From the NCBI GenBank assembly GCA_030141605.1, contig JAQGDQ010000114.1:62001-126000 (forward strand): a stretch of DNA of 64,000 nucleotides. Direction: 5' to 3'. The position numbers and the translations under genes are program-made. The DNA comes from Tubiluchus corallicola. Lineage: Eukaryota > Animalia > Priapulida. Shown here one piece after another: positions 46,459 through 61,400 of this stretch. Every line of letters begins with the position of its first letter. Position 1 is the stretch's first letter. The notes below the pieces were generated by a model that saw only the letters and a program-made list of their open reading frames with translations, was not told the origin of the DNA and made no database searches.

Positions 46459-49400
46459 TGTATGTATGTATGTATGTATGTATGTATGTATGTATGTATG
46501 TATGTATGTATGTATGTATGTAGCCAATAACATTACTATGTGTGGCCTCCTCCAAAACAATAGTGTGTACCAAAGATCTTAAAATTTTGTGGCTACTGAT
46601 TACAGTTTCTTTAGTGATTTTGTAATCTATTACTCATCTGATACTAATGTACAAAAGGCGAATTTTCTGGCAGATACATTAATCATTTAGTAATAAGTTA
46701 CTGAACAGAGTAATCAATACATAACAGTAATCAGTTAGTAATCAGGTGTGTTGCTTTTACTATAACTACAACTATTTGCATGACTGCTCTCAAACCAAAA
46801 TATGTCATTAGAATCTTATAATTCATTTTTACTTCACAGTTTGTATGCTTGAGTTGTTTTAGATTTTGAAACTTTTTGTAAACTATTGCTTCCATTTCAC
46901 AAACATAGCTGGAGAAGAGGTTGATGAGTACGGTAGGCCTTTTCAACTGTTACGACGTGACAAAGATGTTGCAGAAGTGTTTGATGAACACGGAAGACCT
47001 ATTCGTCAGTTAAGACTTGACAAAGGTGCCCTAGAAGTGGTTGATAAACATGGCGTTGTTATACGTTCGCAATTTCGTAGAACTGAATTTGAAAAGGGAG
47101 ATGAATATGATATTCACCGTCCACGATTTGGCAGACGTAGAACTAAGAAAACTCCTGAGCGTGATGGAGGTGAATTTGCTTTTACTGCTATATATTTTGA
47201 TGTATGTTACATTAGAATATCTGGTTTCAGACAGAATTGTATTTGTACAGTAGGCGCCATTTATTAGACTCATGGTTAATAGAATCAGTTGCCTAATTGA
47301 CTCAAAAACGTCTGGTACGGGCTTCTATATATTCAAATATATATACAAATTGTCGGTAATTGACTCAACTAACTCTGCATAATTGACTCAATATTTTTCC
47401 TTCTCAATTTGTACTTAAAATAAGACACTTGTGTGGGTGCCCAAAGAGCTTTTACTGCTTTTATGTTACCTTTGCGTAGATTTTGTGTTCTATAATATAC
47501 GTAGAAATAGTTATGTTAGGTATAGCTTTGCTTGCAAATAGGGTACGTTTATCATATTCACTAATATGTTAGCGTAGCGGTTTTGCGTTGAATCTGCCAC
47601 CTGCTTATCCAGTGCAGTTAGCCTCGTTGTTTCTGGAAGCTAAGCATTTAATCGCTTGCTGGTATACTTTTGAAGTTGCCGCTGCTTTTCACAGGGAGAA
47701 CAAGGTCTTCACCAGCTCAAGCGCTAGGTGACTAGGTGTTTTGCATGAACGTGTGCAGTATATAGCAACAAATTTTCAACATTTTTATCATTATGAGAAT
47801 CTCATTAACTAACTTCTTTTTGAAGAAATGAAGCAACCGACCTTGTGTGAATTTTTGCAATTTGTAGTGGTAATAATCAGATCTGTGCTTTTTTATTAAT
47901 TCACTTATATAAATTAGTATTCTTAAATAGTTGCACATAGGAATTTTGACATTAATTTGTTTCTAAAATTCATTCAGAACCTTTGCAATGCCTGCTAAGG
48001 TGATGTGTGATGGTTCATACTCCTGTACTAGAATGGGCTAGACCTGTTGGCCAATTGAATCAGTCGGTTAATTGGGTCAAAACACTTCCATCCCAAAGTG
48101 AGTCTCTTAAGTGGTACCTACTTTATATATTCTGCGTGGAACAAAATTAAATCTAGGTTTTTTGCAGTTATCTGTTCTGTACATTAAAGATGTTAAATGC
48201 TATGCACCTCTTGCTAATATTGTTATAATAAATAAACAGAAACACTAGAAAGCCTTATTTGAGTTGTTATAGTGACTTTATTTCAGAAAGACCTCAACTT
48301 TGCAACTCTGCTGTTTTGGTTAGTTGCCAAATCAATTAATAAAACAAGTAGTGACAAGGCAAAGCTAAGTTAATAGTTTTCTTGACACCTTTAAAGGAAT
48401 TAAAGGCAGATTGCAAATTACTTTTTAAGTACTGTCCTTTTTGTATGTGCAATCAACACTGATGTTTTCAAGATTCCCGAACACTTTCTACTTTGTTTCT
48501 GTTTTTGATCAATAGCCTATTAATCGATTTCATCAATAGTCTAAGCTTATTGTCTATGTTGAGTATACTACTCTGTATAGTACTTACTGCCATGTCACAC
48601 TTGTTAACTCCGGACTAGAAGCATCTCAGATTTTTGGAAAGGATCTTGAATTAACTTTGAACTAGTGTCGAGTCTGACTTATTTATTGTGAATAAAATAG
48701 AAGGTTGTGCCATTCCCCTGATAACGTAAAACTATGTTGTCTACTTTAATATGGACATTTTTCTTTTTCTAATTAGTTTCTTGTTCACTTGTTTTGCCTT
48801 GAGTCTCAGTCTTAGATGAGAGCAATATATTATAGAAGTGTCCAAGAATGTGTCGAAAAAGTGAGATGCCTGTATCGTACTCAAAATTATCTACCTCTTG
48901 AAGCTATAGTATATTTTTACAAGTCAATCTTTCAATCTTCTGTGGGACACTTCAGCCATGGGCTGGTGCTGTACCTTGTAATATCAACCCATTTTAAAAA
49001 TTACAGAACCATGTAGTCAGTTGGTCTGGGTTCAGCCCTGCAGTCACTGAAGGTCAGGTGCTACATTGCAGATACTCTCATGATCTCTCGTTGTTAGTTA
49101 CTAAATGGCGATAGTATTTCAGCAGCATTTGTTTTTCTGTTGCTTTTTGTAGTTTCACACTGGACACCCCTAGATGCGAACTGGCTGCTGTGGAATTCTC
49201 AACCAAAAATTTCAGCTTTGGGCAATTCAAGAATAATATTAACAGATGCCTCCTATCACTATTAGCAAATTAGTTGTAAAAATTTTTGTTCTCTGGACAT
49301 GTACTTTTCTTCTTTATCATCTATATCATCACCTTGTTTCTGTAGCCCTTAACCCTGTGTCATCATTGGTCTTGTTTTGGGTGGCTTGTATATGTCATAT

Positions 49401-52400
49401 ATGAACAAACATGATATTATGTAATTATAGTTATATGGTAGTAGAAATAGCAGATATTTTTGTACGTCTGGAGATTTAGATAATGCACTTTATTGTAGAA
49501 GCTTAATTTTACAAATTAAATGCTTAAAAAACTGAAATAATTTTATTGATCTTGGTTACACACTGCATGAAATTGAATAAACGTAATTAATTTATTTTTT
49601 GAATTTTAATAGAAGAAGGTGATATAAAGAAAAAGTGGAGTATTGGCTGCATTGAAGCTTATGCTAACTTGCTGTTACCACCTTCGCCTGTAGGTAAGCA
49701 AAGTTACTCCATTAATAACAGCTGTATGAGGTTCTCTGTGTATTATAGCTTGAACTGTAAACCTCTTGATATAGCCTAAAATAACTTATTGTATAATGAT
49801 AAAAAATGATTATAATGATTGTATAATGATAAATATAGAAGTTTGCTCATGATACGATTTATAACAATAGTGTAATTATTATTGTGGCAAGGTAAATTGT
49901 TTCATTTTTTGTATTTATATTTTTATTTCTATCCATTTGACAATTATATGCCTAAGCAGGTTAACAAAGTCACTTTTTAACAAGCCTAATAAAGAACCAC
50001 ATTAAAATAGGATACCAGTTATAGCATAAGGATTATGTTACTGATAAATATTTTTATTGAATAATCACTTAAATAGCGATTTTCGTATGTTAAACTGAAT
50101 TTACACATACCACGATACATATCTACCACAAGTGCAATACTGCAGTATATTTGTTGTCATACGAGTCAGTCCTAATTTTACTTAGAGCTCATGTCATCTG
50201 TGTAGCCCTTTTCTATTTGCATCAGCAGGGAAATAAGCATTTTGTTTAAAAGTAAGAAATGCACAGACTCGTCTACAGACATAGACGAGACAAACTTGAT
50301 TGGAGAATTCAAAATATAGTAGTTTGAATCATACTTTGAAAACTTTGTCTTGAGCATTTCAAGTAATGGAGATGCTGTGATATTTTTAAATTATGTTGAC
50401 TGTTGCTTAAAAAGCACTGACTTTCATCATTTAATATAACTAACATTTTTTAGAGTTGGGTGAGCCAGAAGAAGCAGAAAAAGAAGGAAAATTACAAGTG
50501 AGGAAACATGCAAAATCGAAACAATCAATTGGTGCGTCAGTTAGTACTGAGGAAGAGTTGATTGAAAAAGGCAAGGCTGCAGCACTACGCCGAAAACAGA
50601 GAAAGGAGACCGTAGAGCAACTGATCATTGATCCTGGTCATCTGGCAAGATTTACTCGTACTGACAGGTAAAGGAGATTGTCAGCTTTAAAATTAAATTT
50701 CAAGACTTCCCAGATTAGTGTAAGACCACAGATTACAAGACAGTGTAACAACGGATTTGTATAACACATGATTGCTGTTGTAACTGAGTGCGCACTCTGT
50801 TCTGGTTACCTTTGGCAAGTTGTCTATAATGTTGCATTTGTTGGCGGGTGGTAGCTACTTGGCATTCATATTACCCTGGGCACATCCAGCTGCCATGGCT
50901 GAGAGGAAGAAATAATGTAAACCTATCTGTTAAGAAAAAGCTGAAGTTTCTCGTGAAATTGTTCAGTGTGAATCATCCGTAGGAACAGCATGTGAAGAAT
51001 ATGGAGTCGAGAAGATAACAACACTAGAGCCAGGCATACGGAAATCTAAAGAAAGAAGCTTGTGTTAAGATACTTTGCTGAGCCTGCACTTATGAAAACA
51101 TATGCAAGTGGCTAAGAAAGCTGAAAGATAAAAATTTTGAAGAACCCGTATAACTGGTTTTTTTCAGGAGCAGTCCGATATTATACTTGTTCATGGAACC
51201 GGAATTTAGAATGCTACAAATATCCAAACTAGCTTAGTAAATGGATATATAAAACCTTGTGCATGTGATGAACAGCCTCTGTAGCAATTATAATTGTCAT
51301 GGAATTGGTAATATTAGACTTTATGAAGCTGATAGTACACCAGTGGAAGAACTGAAGTCCTACAGACAAAAGTAAATTAAACATAAAAATGAAGACTGCA
51401 ACTGTTGTTACCCTTGTGTAAGGTGCCGAGGAGACTTTGCTGTTTTAACTTTCAATATATGCTGATGGAAATAAAGAAATGACACTTGGCTATATAAGTT
51501 GAATAAGGAAAAAATTTCAAAATTGCATATGCTGGTAGATGCGTAAACTGAAGTTGGTGATCATGGGGAAATCAGCATCTAAGAGACATTGTGAGGTAAC
51601 TCACATCACAGTGTTATTACTGTAAGCTGTAAGAAAATAGGAGGAAGATGTAAAGTTCAACATAGTCTAGACAATGCTCCTGCACATCCCAGTGCTAGCA
51701 ACTTTACAAGTCATGGTGATAAGAAAGGGTGTGTTTGGCCACCTTAATGTAACATCAGTGGGCATGCCACTGGATCAAGGTGTCTTCACTTCCTGCAAGA
51801 TATTGTAATACAGATGTTATTTGGGTGTTATTCACTGTTTTGCTCAACGTAATCTGAAAACGATTAAAAAACAGGAATTGCATATATAGTATTTTGATGC
51901 ACTGCTATCCTTTTTTAGGGCAAGGAGACATCTGCGGAAACAAGAGGAACGTCAGAGATCATTTAGAGAAGCAGATGAGTTAGCAACTGAAGTCAGACCA
52001 TTGCCTGTTCAAACAAAAAACCTGCTGGTGGGCTCATTATGAATACAAAAGCCAATTATGTACCATGTTACCAAGTTTACAAGTATTGATGTTGGTTGGT
52101 CGGGCTGGTTGAGTAAATAATTTTATTGCATTTCATGTTGCAAAGATGGATTTTCCAAGAATGTTGTGTTATACAAATCGCATGTTGAAGGTGAAATTTC
52201 CCATATGGAGACTGGACAATCTTAGAATACCTGTTCTTGTTCTGATTTTGTTTAAAAAAAGTGATTTAATCTGTATACTATAAAATAGTATAAGAATTTG
52301 ATTAAAACAACACTGCTTCTTAGGTTAATTCACTTTATCATATGTAAAGAAGTGTTTTTAATGCTGTTACATCTTTTAACTTTCTGCATTCAATAAAGGA

Positions 52401-55400
52401 ATACTGTGCATCATATCAAAAACCTTTTTTGTTTTTATTTAGGACCAAAGTAGCTCTTCTGTCTTGATAACAAGCTCCATGGCTGGGAAGGCAATGCGCA
52501 ACTCAATGTTTGGCGATGTAAAGGCTGTAAAACGACTTCGCAAAATTGTGGTATGCTTTCAGTTAGACATTTTAGTTGTCCTAGGAATAATTTACTATGT
52601 CTATGTACCTAGACGAAGTGCGGTGGCAGAGGTTAGTGTATTGGCTACTGAAGTTAAGATGTTGCAGAGGCTAGTCAGTGAGTGGTTGGATCGATTCTCA
52701 CTCTGGAAAGTTTCATTTGCCATACTCATTTTGGCTGTTCACTTTGTAGAGGGAGGATGTGTTCACAATCGAATGTAGGTTAGACACTTCTGCTGGTTTA
52801 CTGGCTCATTTTAGAGGCATTGCGTTGATAATGAGTCAGGTCAATCTCACCACCACTATCTAATTTGAGTAGGACAGAATACTGGTTTTGGCTGCCAGGA
52901 TTCCAAATTGTATTTAAAAGTACCTAGGGAGACTTTATAAGTTGTGCCCACTTGAATTTGGAATTAAAGAAGCATAAGATAAGAATCAAGATGTTTTTAG
53001 GTCTTTTCATTTTGTTGTTTCTTAGCAGTTGATACTGCCTGTGTCATCGCTGTCCTTAATTCCTCCTACATTTTAGGGCCATTCAAAGTAGATACCAGTA
53101 ATTAGTACAACAAAGTGCAACATGTAATTTAGAATTCATTTGATTGCCACTAAGGTCTTTTAGTGAGTTGTACTTGCTTATTTTTGGAATTTGGTATTGT
53201 TCAGCCACACAATAACAGGTATAAATATGTGGTTATTGTTTATATATAATGCATACAAATTTAGAAAATCCTTCAAGTGTATACATGAATTCAGGTCCAT
53301 GATTCAAAGATATATTATTAATTTCGTTCAGAGTAAATATAAATATAAAAAAAAAATCACATATAATGCTTTGTATGTTTTCAGTGCACCTTTTTGTATT
53401 TTTTAGTAATGTTCAAAGGCAGGTTTCAAGGGGGTCACTTGAGGCAATCATGCACCTTAACTTACAAAGAAAAATAAAAAATTGCAAAAAATGAAAGCAG
53501 AAATAAAAAAATGAAGGAAAAGATGAAGGCTAGTCAAACTTCATCGGTTTAAAATATGGGTGAGAAATTCCATGGGAGAAGAGTGACTAACTGGTTCAAC
53601 CCTGATGAATATTCATAGGGACATTCATTTGAATGTCAGTGACATTATTACTCGATTTGCCATGAAAAACTCTATGTGTTATGTAAACAAATCATCCATT
53701 TTATTTTTTTATTTAGTTTTTCTTTTTATGTTCATTTATTTACCTTGAAAATGCTTACTTTGATGCATGTACTGGCTCAGTATCACAATGGTGAGATGTA
53801 GGTCACTCTAAACCAGACCAGAATGTTGGAGAAATTTGTGTCAATAAAATCATGTTTTTATCAACATGTGCTATCATTTTACTTTTTATTCTAAGAATAT
53901 GAGTATATATAATCTGTAAAAGATTTAGCGCCACATCACCCCCACCCTAACTTTTAACTCTGGAGCCGCCCCTGGTAACATTTGGTCTTCTTGAAAGGAT
54001 TGCCGTTTCTTTACTTTTATCTGTTAGTATATTCAAAATATGATGCTTTCTTTAGTTATGTTCCCCATCTTTCTTGGGTTACCTTTTTATTGTTTGTGAT
54101 ATTCAAAATTCAATTGGACGATAATACCATCTTCTTAGCTAAAATACTTTAAATCTTTTTAACAAAAGTTGTTTATTAGTTACAAATGGCAAACTGATGT
54201 GTGATTTTGACCTAAGTAACCAGTCAGCAGTCAGAGGTGTCATACTTCTGTAGAACAATGATAAAATTGAAACCGTCTGACTATATTTATAACTCTGTGT
54301 GTGTGCTCATAAGTTTTGGACTTTTCATCAAAAAGTGTGTTCAGTTAATATGCTAGTATGAAGCATTTTTAGTTCTTCATAGACTGTTATATGGAGGTAT
54401 GTTTTTTATCAAACTGTACAACATATTTTATGATTTTCCGACAATATAATTTGTCTGCTTTTTAAGTGGTGTAATGCGACGATAATTATTTATTTGCTGC
54501 AAAATCAGCTGCTTTTGGTTTAAGTTAAATGATTGTACTTTTATGCTGTGTTAATTCTGCAATGTTGAACTTATTGACCAATTACACTGCAAACAACATG
54601 TTTCAACATGGTTAAGGAGATGTTTAATGTCGAAAAGTCTGAAAAAGAATTCTAGATTACATAATTGTATAGTTTAAGAATTGGCTTGTTCTGTTGTAGG
54701 ATCATGCAGACAGTGTCATGTGCATGCAATTCGATAGGCTTAGAATCATCACTGGAGGTTTGGATGGTGTGCTAAAAATATGTGACATTAGAAGTGGTGC
54801 CCGCATTGCAGAGCTTTTTGGACATCTGGTCAGTAGTTATAAACATTGTTAAACGTTTTAAAATGTTTTTCTTGTAATCTTTGACTTTAGGCTTTGACTT
54901 TTTGACATAAACTTGATTTTTCCATGTTTATTTTAGGGTTCATTTTTAATGAAAGCTTTTATGAACTATTTAAATTGGCTTTAAGTTAAATAGCTTGGAA
55001 AAATGATTTACAATGCTTAAAATTTAAACCATTTTATACATATAATTGGCATATAATGATTAATTTTCATTGTATTTTTAGGGCGGAATTCATTGTTTGC
55101 AGTTTCAGGCTAACATAATGTTTAGTGGATCGTGGGACAGAAATATTATCGTAAGTCTTTTGCTCGGCAAAGTAAAATTAGTGTCTCGGAGTTCTTAATA
55201 TCCTAGAGCAAAACTAACCAACAGCCATCTCTTACTATAAAAATTTTTTCCCAGATGTGTATAGTGAAACCCTTTTGGTGCTTCCAGTACTGGCAGCATG
55301 CAAAATTTTTACAAGTATCGTGACTACAACATTGAATTACTAGTTTAGATGCTGCTAGAGTGAGTGCTCTTGACACATTTTACTTGCCAATAGGCACAGT

Positions 55401-58400
55401 TTTGTCAGTTTTTATAAGATAATTGTAAGCTTATACTGTGTGGTATAAATAATAACATATTGTAAGGTATTAATAAATGTAACTGAAATTTAACATCACA
55501 AAACGTGTCTATGGTTCTATAATAATTGGTGCAATACTTAATTAATTTTTTCTAAAATATACTTTTATCCACATTGTGTGGATTAATTTTGTTCGATATT
55601 GGTTTTTTCCGATCGAATCTGATATGTTTTACTTAAGGTATAGACTCGACATGATTTGATATTGCACAAAAATTTCGTGATATAGTACTTTTTGTTACCA
55701 AGGTTAAACACTTTAATCTCGCTTTAACAATTGAGATTAATGTTTCATTTAACTGAAATGATGAACATACTTAACCTCATTTTGATTTTCAACTATTTAA
55801 TGTACATTTTACATTCAGACTGAATTTACTGAGAAATTTTGATAATATGAATTCAACCTTATAAACTTTAAATTGGTAACATCAATACATGAAAAACAAA
55901 AAGGTTTGCATTAGTGCTTTAGCAAAATTAAAACAGTCTGTCAAGAAACTAGTGTGAATTATTAACAACGTGTGACATGTTCCTTCACCAAGAGTTGATA
56001 GCACGGTCAGAATCAGTATCAGGTCTAACAAGGGACAATTAAATTTCATCCCTATTAGCTTTAGGGGAGAATCAGAGATCAGTTGTATAACCGAAAATTT
56101 AAACAATCAAATTGGTCATGTATGTTTGACAATCGCACATAACTTGCTATGAATTCCCAAGTAGCTATTTGTTGGTCAAATGTAGCCTGTATCTGCACTG
56201 TTACTCGTCAGTGGCTAGACAGGTTTGAGTGTGTGTGGTTCAACAGGGAGAGCGCGGCAAGTTAGGTTCTCCTGAAGTTAATAATATGTTATAGGCTACT
56301 GTAGTAGAATATGTCATGTGGCTGTACTGTCTGATTCCCTGGTCAAGCTCCATTTGCATGCTAGCCCAGCAAAGTAGACAGACTGATTATTTAGAAACTT
56401 CTTACATTACACCCGAATTAGTTAAATCATTACTGCTTTGCGTAAGACATGAGTATGGATGTATGAACTTTGCCTTTTTTGAAGGTTTGAAAGTTCAAGC
56501 CAAGTAAAAGTAGACCGATGTTTAAGTTGCCAGTTGTTATGTTGGGAAATGTCAGAATTTTGCTAAATATTGGGTATCGGACAATGCTAGTTTGAATATG
56601 CACAGGTGTAGTCAGATTATGCACTGAATCTGGCACATTTCTTTTATTAGGCATACTTGATTTATAATTTTAGGCATGGGATATAGTGAAGTTTGAACCG
56701 ATTGCTGTCCTTCCTGGGCACTGTGGATCAGTGACGTGTTTAAAGTTTAACAACGAATACCTGTGAGCTTTACATTAATTTTTTGTGTTAAATAGTTTCA
56801 CTTTTCATTTGCATTCAAACAATTATTTTTGCTATGTTAGCTCGTATGTGCAAGCATATTCTAAAATGGTTTAATTAGTTTAATGAAACTGTTTTTACAT
56901 GGAAAAAAGCTCATCTTGTTTTCTGATAGTAAGTTTGATGTTCTTTGCTTTGAGTGTGTAATGTGCTCTTTTGGCATTGCAGAACATCTGGTTCAGAAGA
57001 TGCAACAGTTAGGTTATGGTCTATGAATGATTACAGTCTTGTAAGAGTTATAAATTTCGACAGTGAAGCAGTTAGTTGCATGACACTGCAAGATAGTTTC
57101 CTGATATGTGGATCCGACGATAAGTATGTTACTTGATTATGTTATTTAATGTCTGAAATGCATGTCTAAGAAACTTGGACAGATAAGAAATGAATGTACA
57201 GCAAACCCACGTTATAATGGACCTCGGATATAACAGACTTTTTTGCTTGTGCGGATACATTTTTTACTACCAGCCAAGTCCTCTATAATGAAGCCAACAT
57301 CCAGATCGCAGGCTTAGGTCAGCATGTACAGCACATCCCAGTATTAACAACAAGATAATAAGAAAAGAAACACGTACATAATATTGACTATGAAACACGA
57401 ACCAGAGTAGAATGTGGCCACCTTCAGTTTTGAATCACAACAGCTTTAATACTCGTGATGCGTTTTTCATACGTGTACAAGTACGTTTTATTTAAATAAA
57501 CATACATTTTAGGATATTTTACCCATTTGCCTGTGTAAAGTGATAGGTTAAAATACATGGCCTAGGTCCCATAAAACAATTGCAGCTGCTAGAGTAAGAA
57601 GTGCTAGTAATTAAATGAAGTAAGCTTTTCCATTATCTTTTTCATTTTTTATATTAAATATAAAATTCTGCCAAATTTACATGCTCTTCACCAAACTTAA
57701 AACAAAGTCAGGCCAGCAATTTATTCTATCTTCACCAAACTTAAAACAAAGTCAGGCCAGCAATTTATTCTTCATCGCATTGTCATTTGTTCTAGCCTAC
57801 CATTAGGTTATCAGGTTGAAAGACTACTAATCAGTTAGTTTAACACTTCAATTTCAGGATTAAATAGACATGAATGCATACATTAGTTGTACTAGTATAT
57901 GAAAATACATGGCGAAGGCCTATTTCGCATCTTATCTCAGAAGCTGAAGTTCCACGCTAGTTTAGTGCTTTATGTCATCTTTACTTCCCTTTTGTGCACT
58001 ATGTATGCAGAAACAATCATGTTAAGTACCGTTTTGTTTATAAACATGGTTTAAAAGCGGTTTTGCTTTGAATCTGTTACCCAAAGAATTTCTGGAAGCT
58101 AAACATTTAATCACTTGCCTAGCAGTTTCCTTTTGGTGCTCTCATTGCAAATCACGCTTTCGAGCTTAGTGAGATAACAGTCAAAGATGCAGGTACAGTA
58201 ATCAGCCGGTATTCCTTGTGACTTACAAGAGTGAACACCGTACAGCAAATAAGGGCAGTATAAGTGAGCAGACGATTCAGAACTAGTTTAGTCACACACA
58301 ACAACAGATTTTCAACATTTTTATAATTACGAGAACTTTGTGGGCCAATTTCTTCGCGAGAAAATGAAGCAGCCAACTTTGAAGGAATTTTTGTAATTTT

Positions 58401-61400
58401 TGCAAATAAACGGACTTAGAAAAGTCTGTGATTTAGAAAAGTATACTTTTTAATTTATTGCTAATTCACTTATATAAATTAATATTTTCAAAATATTTCT
58501 TTTCTAATTTTTAACTGCACAAAGGAATTTAGGCATTACTTTGTTCCTAAAATTCATTAAAAGCCTTTGCAGTGCATAGTAAGCTGATGACTCATGCTTC
58601 TATACCTGTAATACTACACCCATCGTTTAATAGGTTCAGTTGGTTAATTGGGTCAAAATACGTCAGTCCCAAAGTGAGTCTATTAAGCGGTGCCTACTGT
58701 ATATCCATATATATGGGAAAAACTCAAAAATCACATAAAAAAATTGGCAGTTCTTGGATATGTGACATTTAGTGATAGAAAAGTTAAAGACGATGTGATA
58801 GAAGCTTTGCTGTAAAACAGAAAGTTTTGAAAGAAAAAATTCACTTACGTTAAAATTTAGCAAAAACTATTTTAAGAAGAAACATATGGAAATTCTCAAG
58901 CAAATTCATGAAAAGCTAAAACAAACAGAAGAAAAAAGGCGATTAATTTCGCAGAAGAAATTGAGCAGCAAACAAAAAATGATTTTTCTAGGCATTTTAA
59001 AACAAGAAGGACTTTGCAGAACTTTCAACCAAAGAAAAAGCTGATTGTAGAAGGAATTGAAGGTCTAATTACTGTAGCTAAGCATCAAACTGAAGCCATA
59101 GCAGAATTTTTTCAAAAGATGTTTAATCATGAAAATGCAGCTGGGTTAAAAGGACTGATCACTATCCAATGAAAGTTGCATTTACTAAAGAAGAAGTAAA
59201 GCATGCAGCAAAACCACTGGAAAACACCAAAAGCTCAGCCACAGATGAATTAAATACTGAGTTAGTTTCGTAGTTTGGATCACATACTTTATATGCAGAA
59301 ATTGCTGAAATTCTTGCATAATACAGTAAGCCCTCACTTAAGAAAGCTAATGCATTCCAGCAAAACAGGTCGTTAAAGGAAACAATACCTTCCGTAGAAA
59401 ACAATGTAAAAGCATTCAGTTGCTTTCTCTACTGAAAGATCAATAATATTGGTCTGCGTAAGAGCACTCACTAGGCTGCCATGCAGGACAAAAATCAATA
59501 ATATCTGATTACGTAAAACTCTCAGTACCTTGCTTGACTGAAATTAATAATGCTTGGCTCATATATCAAACACTCTACGACGTTTGTTGCTGACAATTTT
59601 TAACTAAAAGTTAAAACAGAGCTAAAGTTTGCAGTGAAAATTCAAATTTGAAATATAGACTCTTTCTTGCATAGACATATCTTTCTCTGATTGATCTCCT
59701 TGTGCCACTTCTTCCTCTTCCTCAATCTAGCATTGGTTGCATCGACTCTTTTTTCATCTAAAACTTCTTTTCGGCACTGCAAAGCATTAGCAACATCTTG
59801 TCCCATCTCTTAATTTCACTCTATATGAATTATTTTCACAAAAAATCAAGTCTAGCACCAGAACTGTATTTTATGCAGGTGCTGTATGTAGATGTTTAAC
59901 CCTAGCCACTTCTGATTAACGTACCTGAGAACTTTTCTCGTGTTGTTCTTCCGGTAGGGTAAATGCAAATGATGTGAAGGCAGCAATAACTAACCCATTA
60001 ATGTAACATGAGAGATTTTTATCAGATGAATTTGAACTCCAAGCATGTAGGAAAGCGCTGTACTAGTTAAGGGGTTGTTAGCAATGAATCATTGCAGCGA
60101 GCATCTGACTTCATAATAGGGCAAATTATTACCGTGATTTCTGTTAATAAGATGAGTGCAGTAAACAAAATTTCAGTGCTTGAAGGCTGAAAAAATCGTC
60201 GTTCATTCGAAGGCATGAAAGGTGTCAAAATGTAAAACCAAACGTCGTTAAATGGGGAGTCGTTAAGCAAGGACTTACTATATCCCAAAACAGGTACCCC
60301 TCAAGATATTCAGAAAGGAATGCTTATCCCTTTATCCAAGCCAGGAAAAGGTGTGAGCCTATAGAAATTCTTAGACCATTGAAGTTACTTCAAATGGAAA
60401 TTTTAAGGAATTAAGGAAAATTTTGGCCATCTGCATGTTGACTAGATCTATGACAGATTACACACTTACACTCCAACAAGCCAAGCAGCGTCAGTACGTA
60501 GGACGGAGTACTACAGAATTAGTTCAAACCTGTAAGTTACTTGCTGAAAAAGCCATCTCTTCTTTTGATTACTCAATATATATACTCATCATCGATATGT
60601 CAAATACCTTTGATTCTGTTCGGAGAAAAACTCTTCGGGGACAAACTTCGTTGTCTAGAAGAAATCCTTAAGCCTGATGAAATACACGTCATAAGTATAT
60701 AATGTTAGAAAATTTGTTAATTCAAGTCAGGTGTGAATGGAAGTTGAGTCAGCCATTTTCAACAAACAAAGGAGTAGTTCAGGATGACTGCTTAAGCCTT
60801 ATACTTTTCTCTTTATATCTTGCCATAGCTCTCACTAAGGATAAAGTTATGTCATTGAAAGACCTAGAAGATCACAACTATACGATTCTTGATCCTAGGT
60901 TAATACCAATATTACAGAATTGGCGAAATTACAAAATAATTTTGGATATCAGTGGGCGAAAGAAAATCTCAAAAAAAGATCTGCATGGAAAAATAAAAGA
61001 ACCTTGCACTAGAAAAATAAAAAGGCGTCCGGTAAGACGGATTGGACATATGCTTGAGCTACCTGTTGATAATCCAGTGAAGATAACTTTTCAACAAGCT
61101 GCAGGAGGAAAATGTTAACATTTTCAGATTTTGCACAGAAAGAGTTAAACACTTCAGCACTGATTCTTACAGAAAAAATTTAACCCACTTGGGACATTGC
61201 AGTGAGTAGGAGTCCTGGCATAAGATGGTGAACAGAATCATGTCCCTGGACATATACTTTATTGGATGATAATCATACTTAGGCTTCCTTGGATTGCATT
61301 GTATTACATAAAGACTAAAAGTACTTCCTTTCTTAATTTTTGCTTTTTCTCTCTGTTTGTTCACTTTAAATTAATATTCTTGCATCTAGAAGGATAAGTT

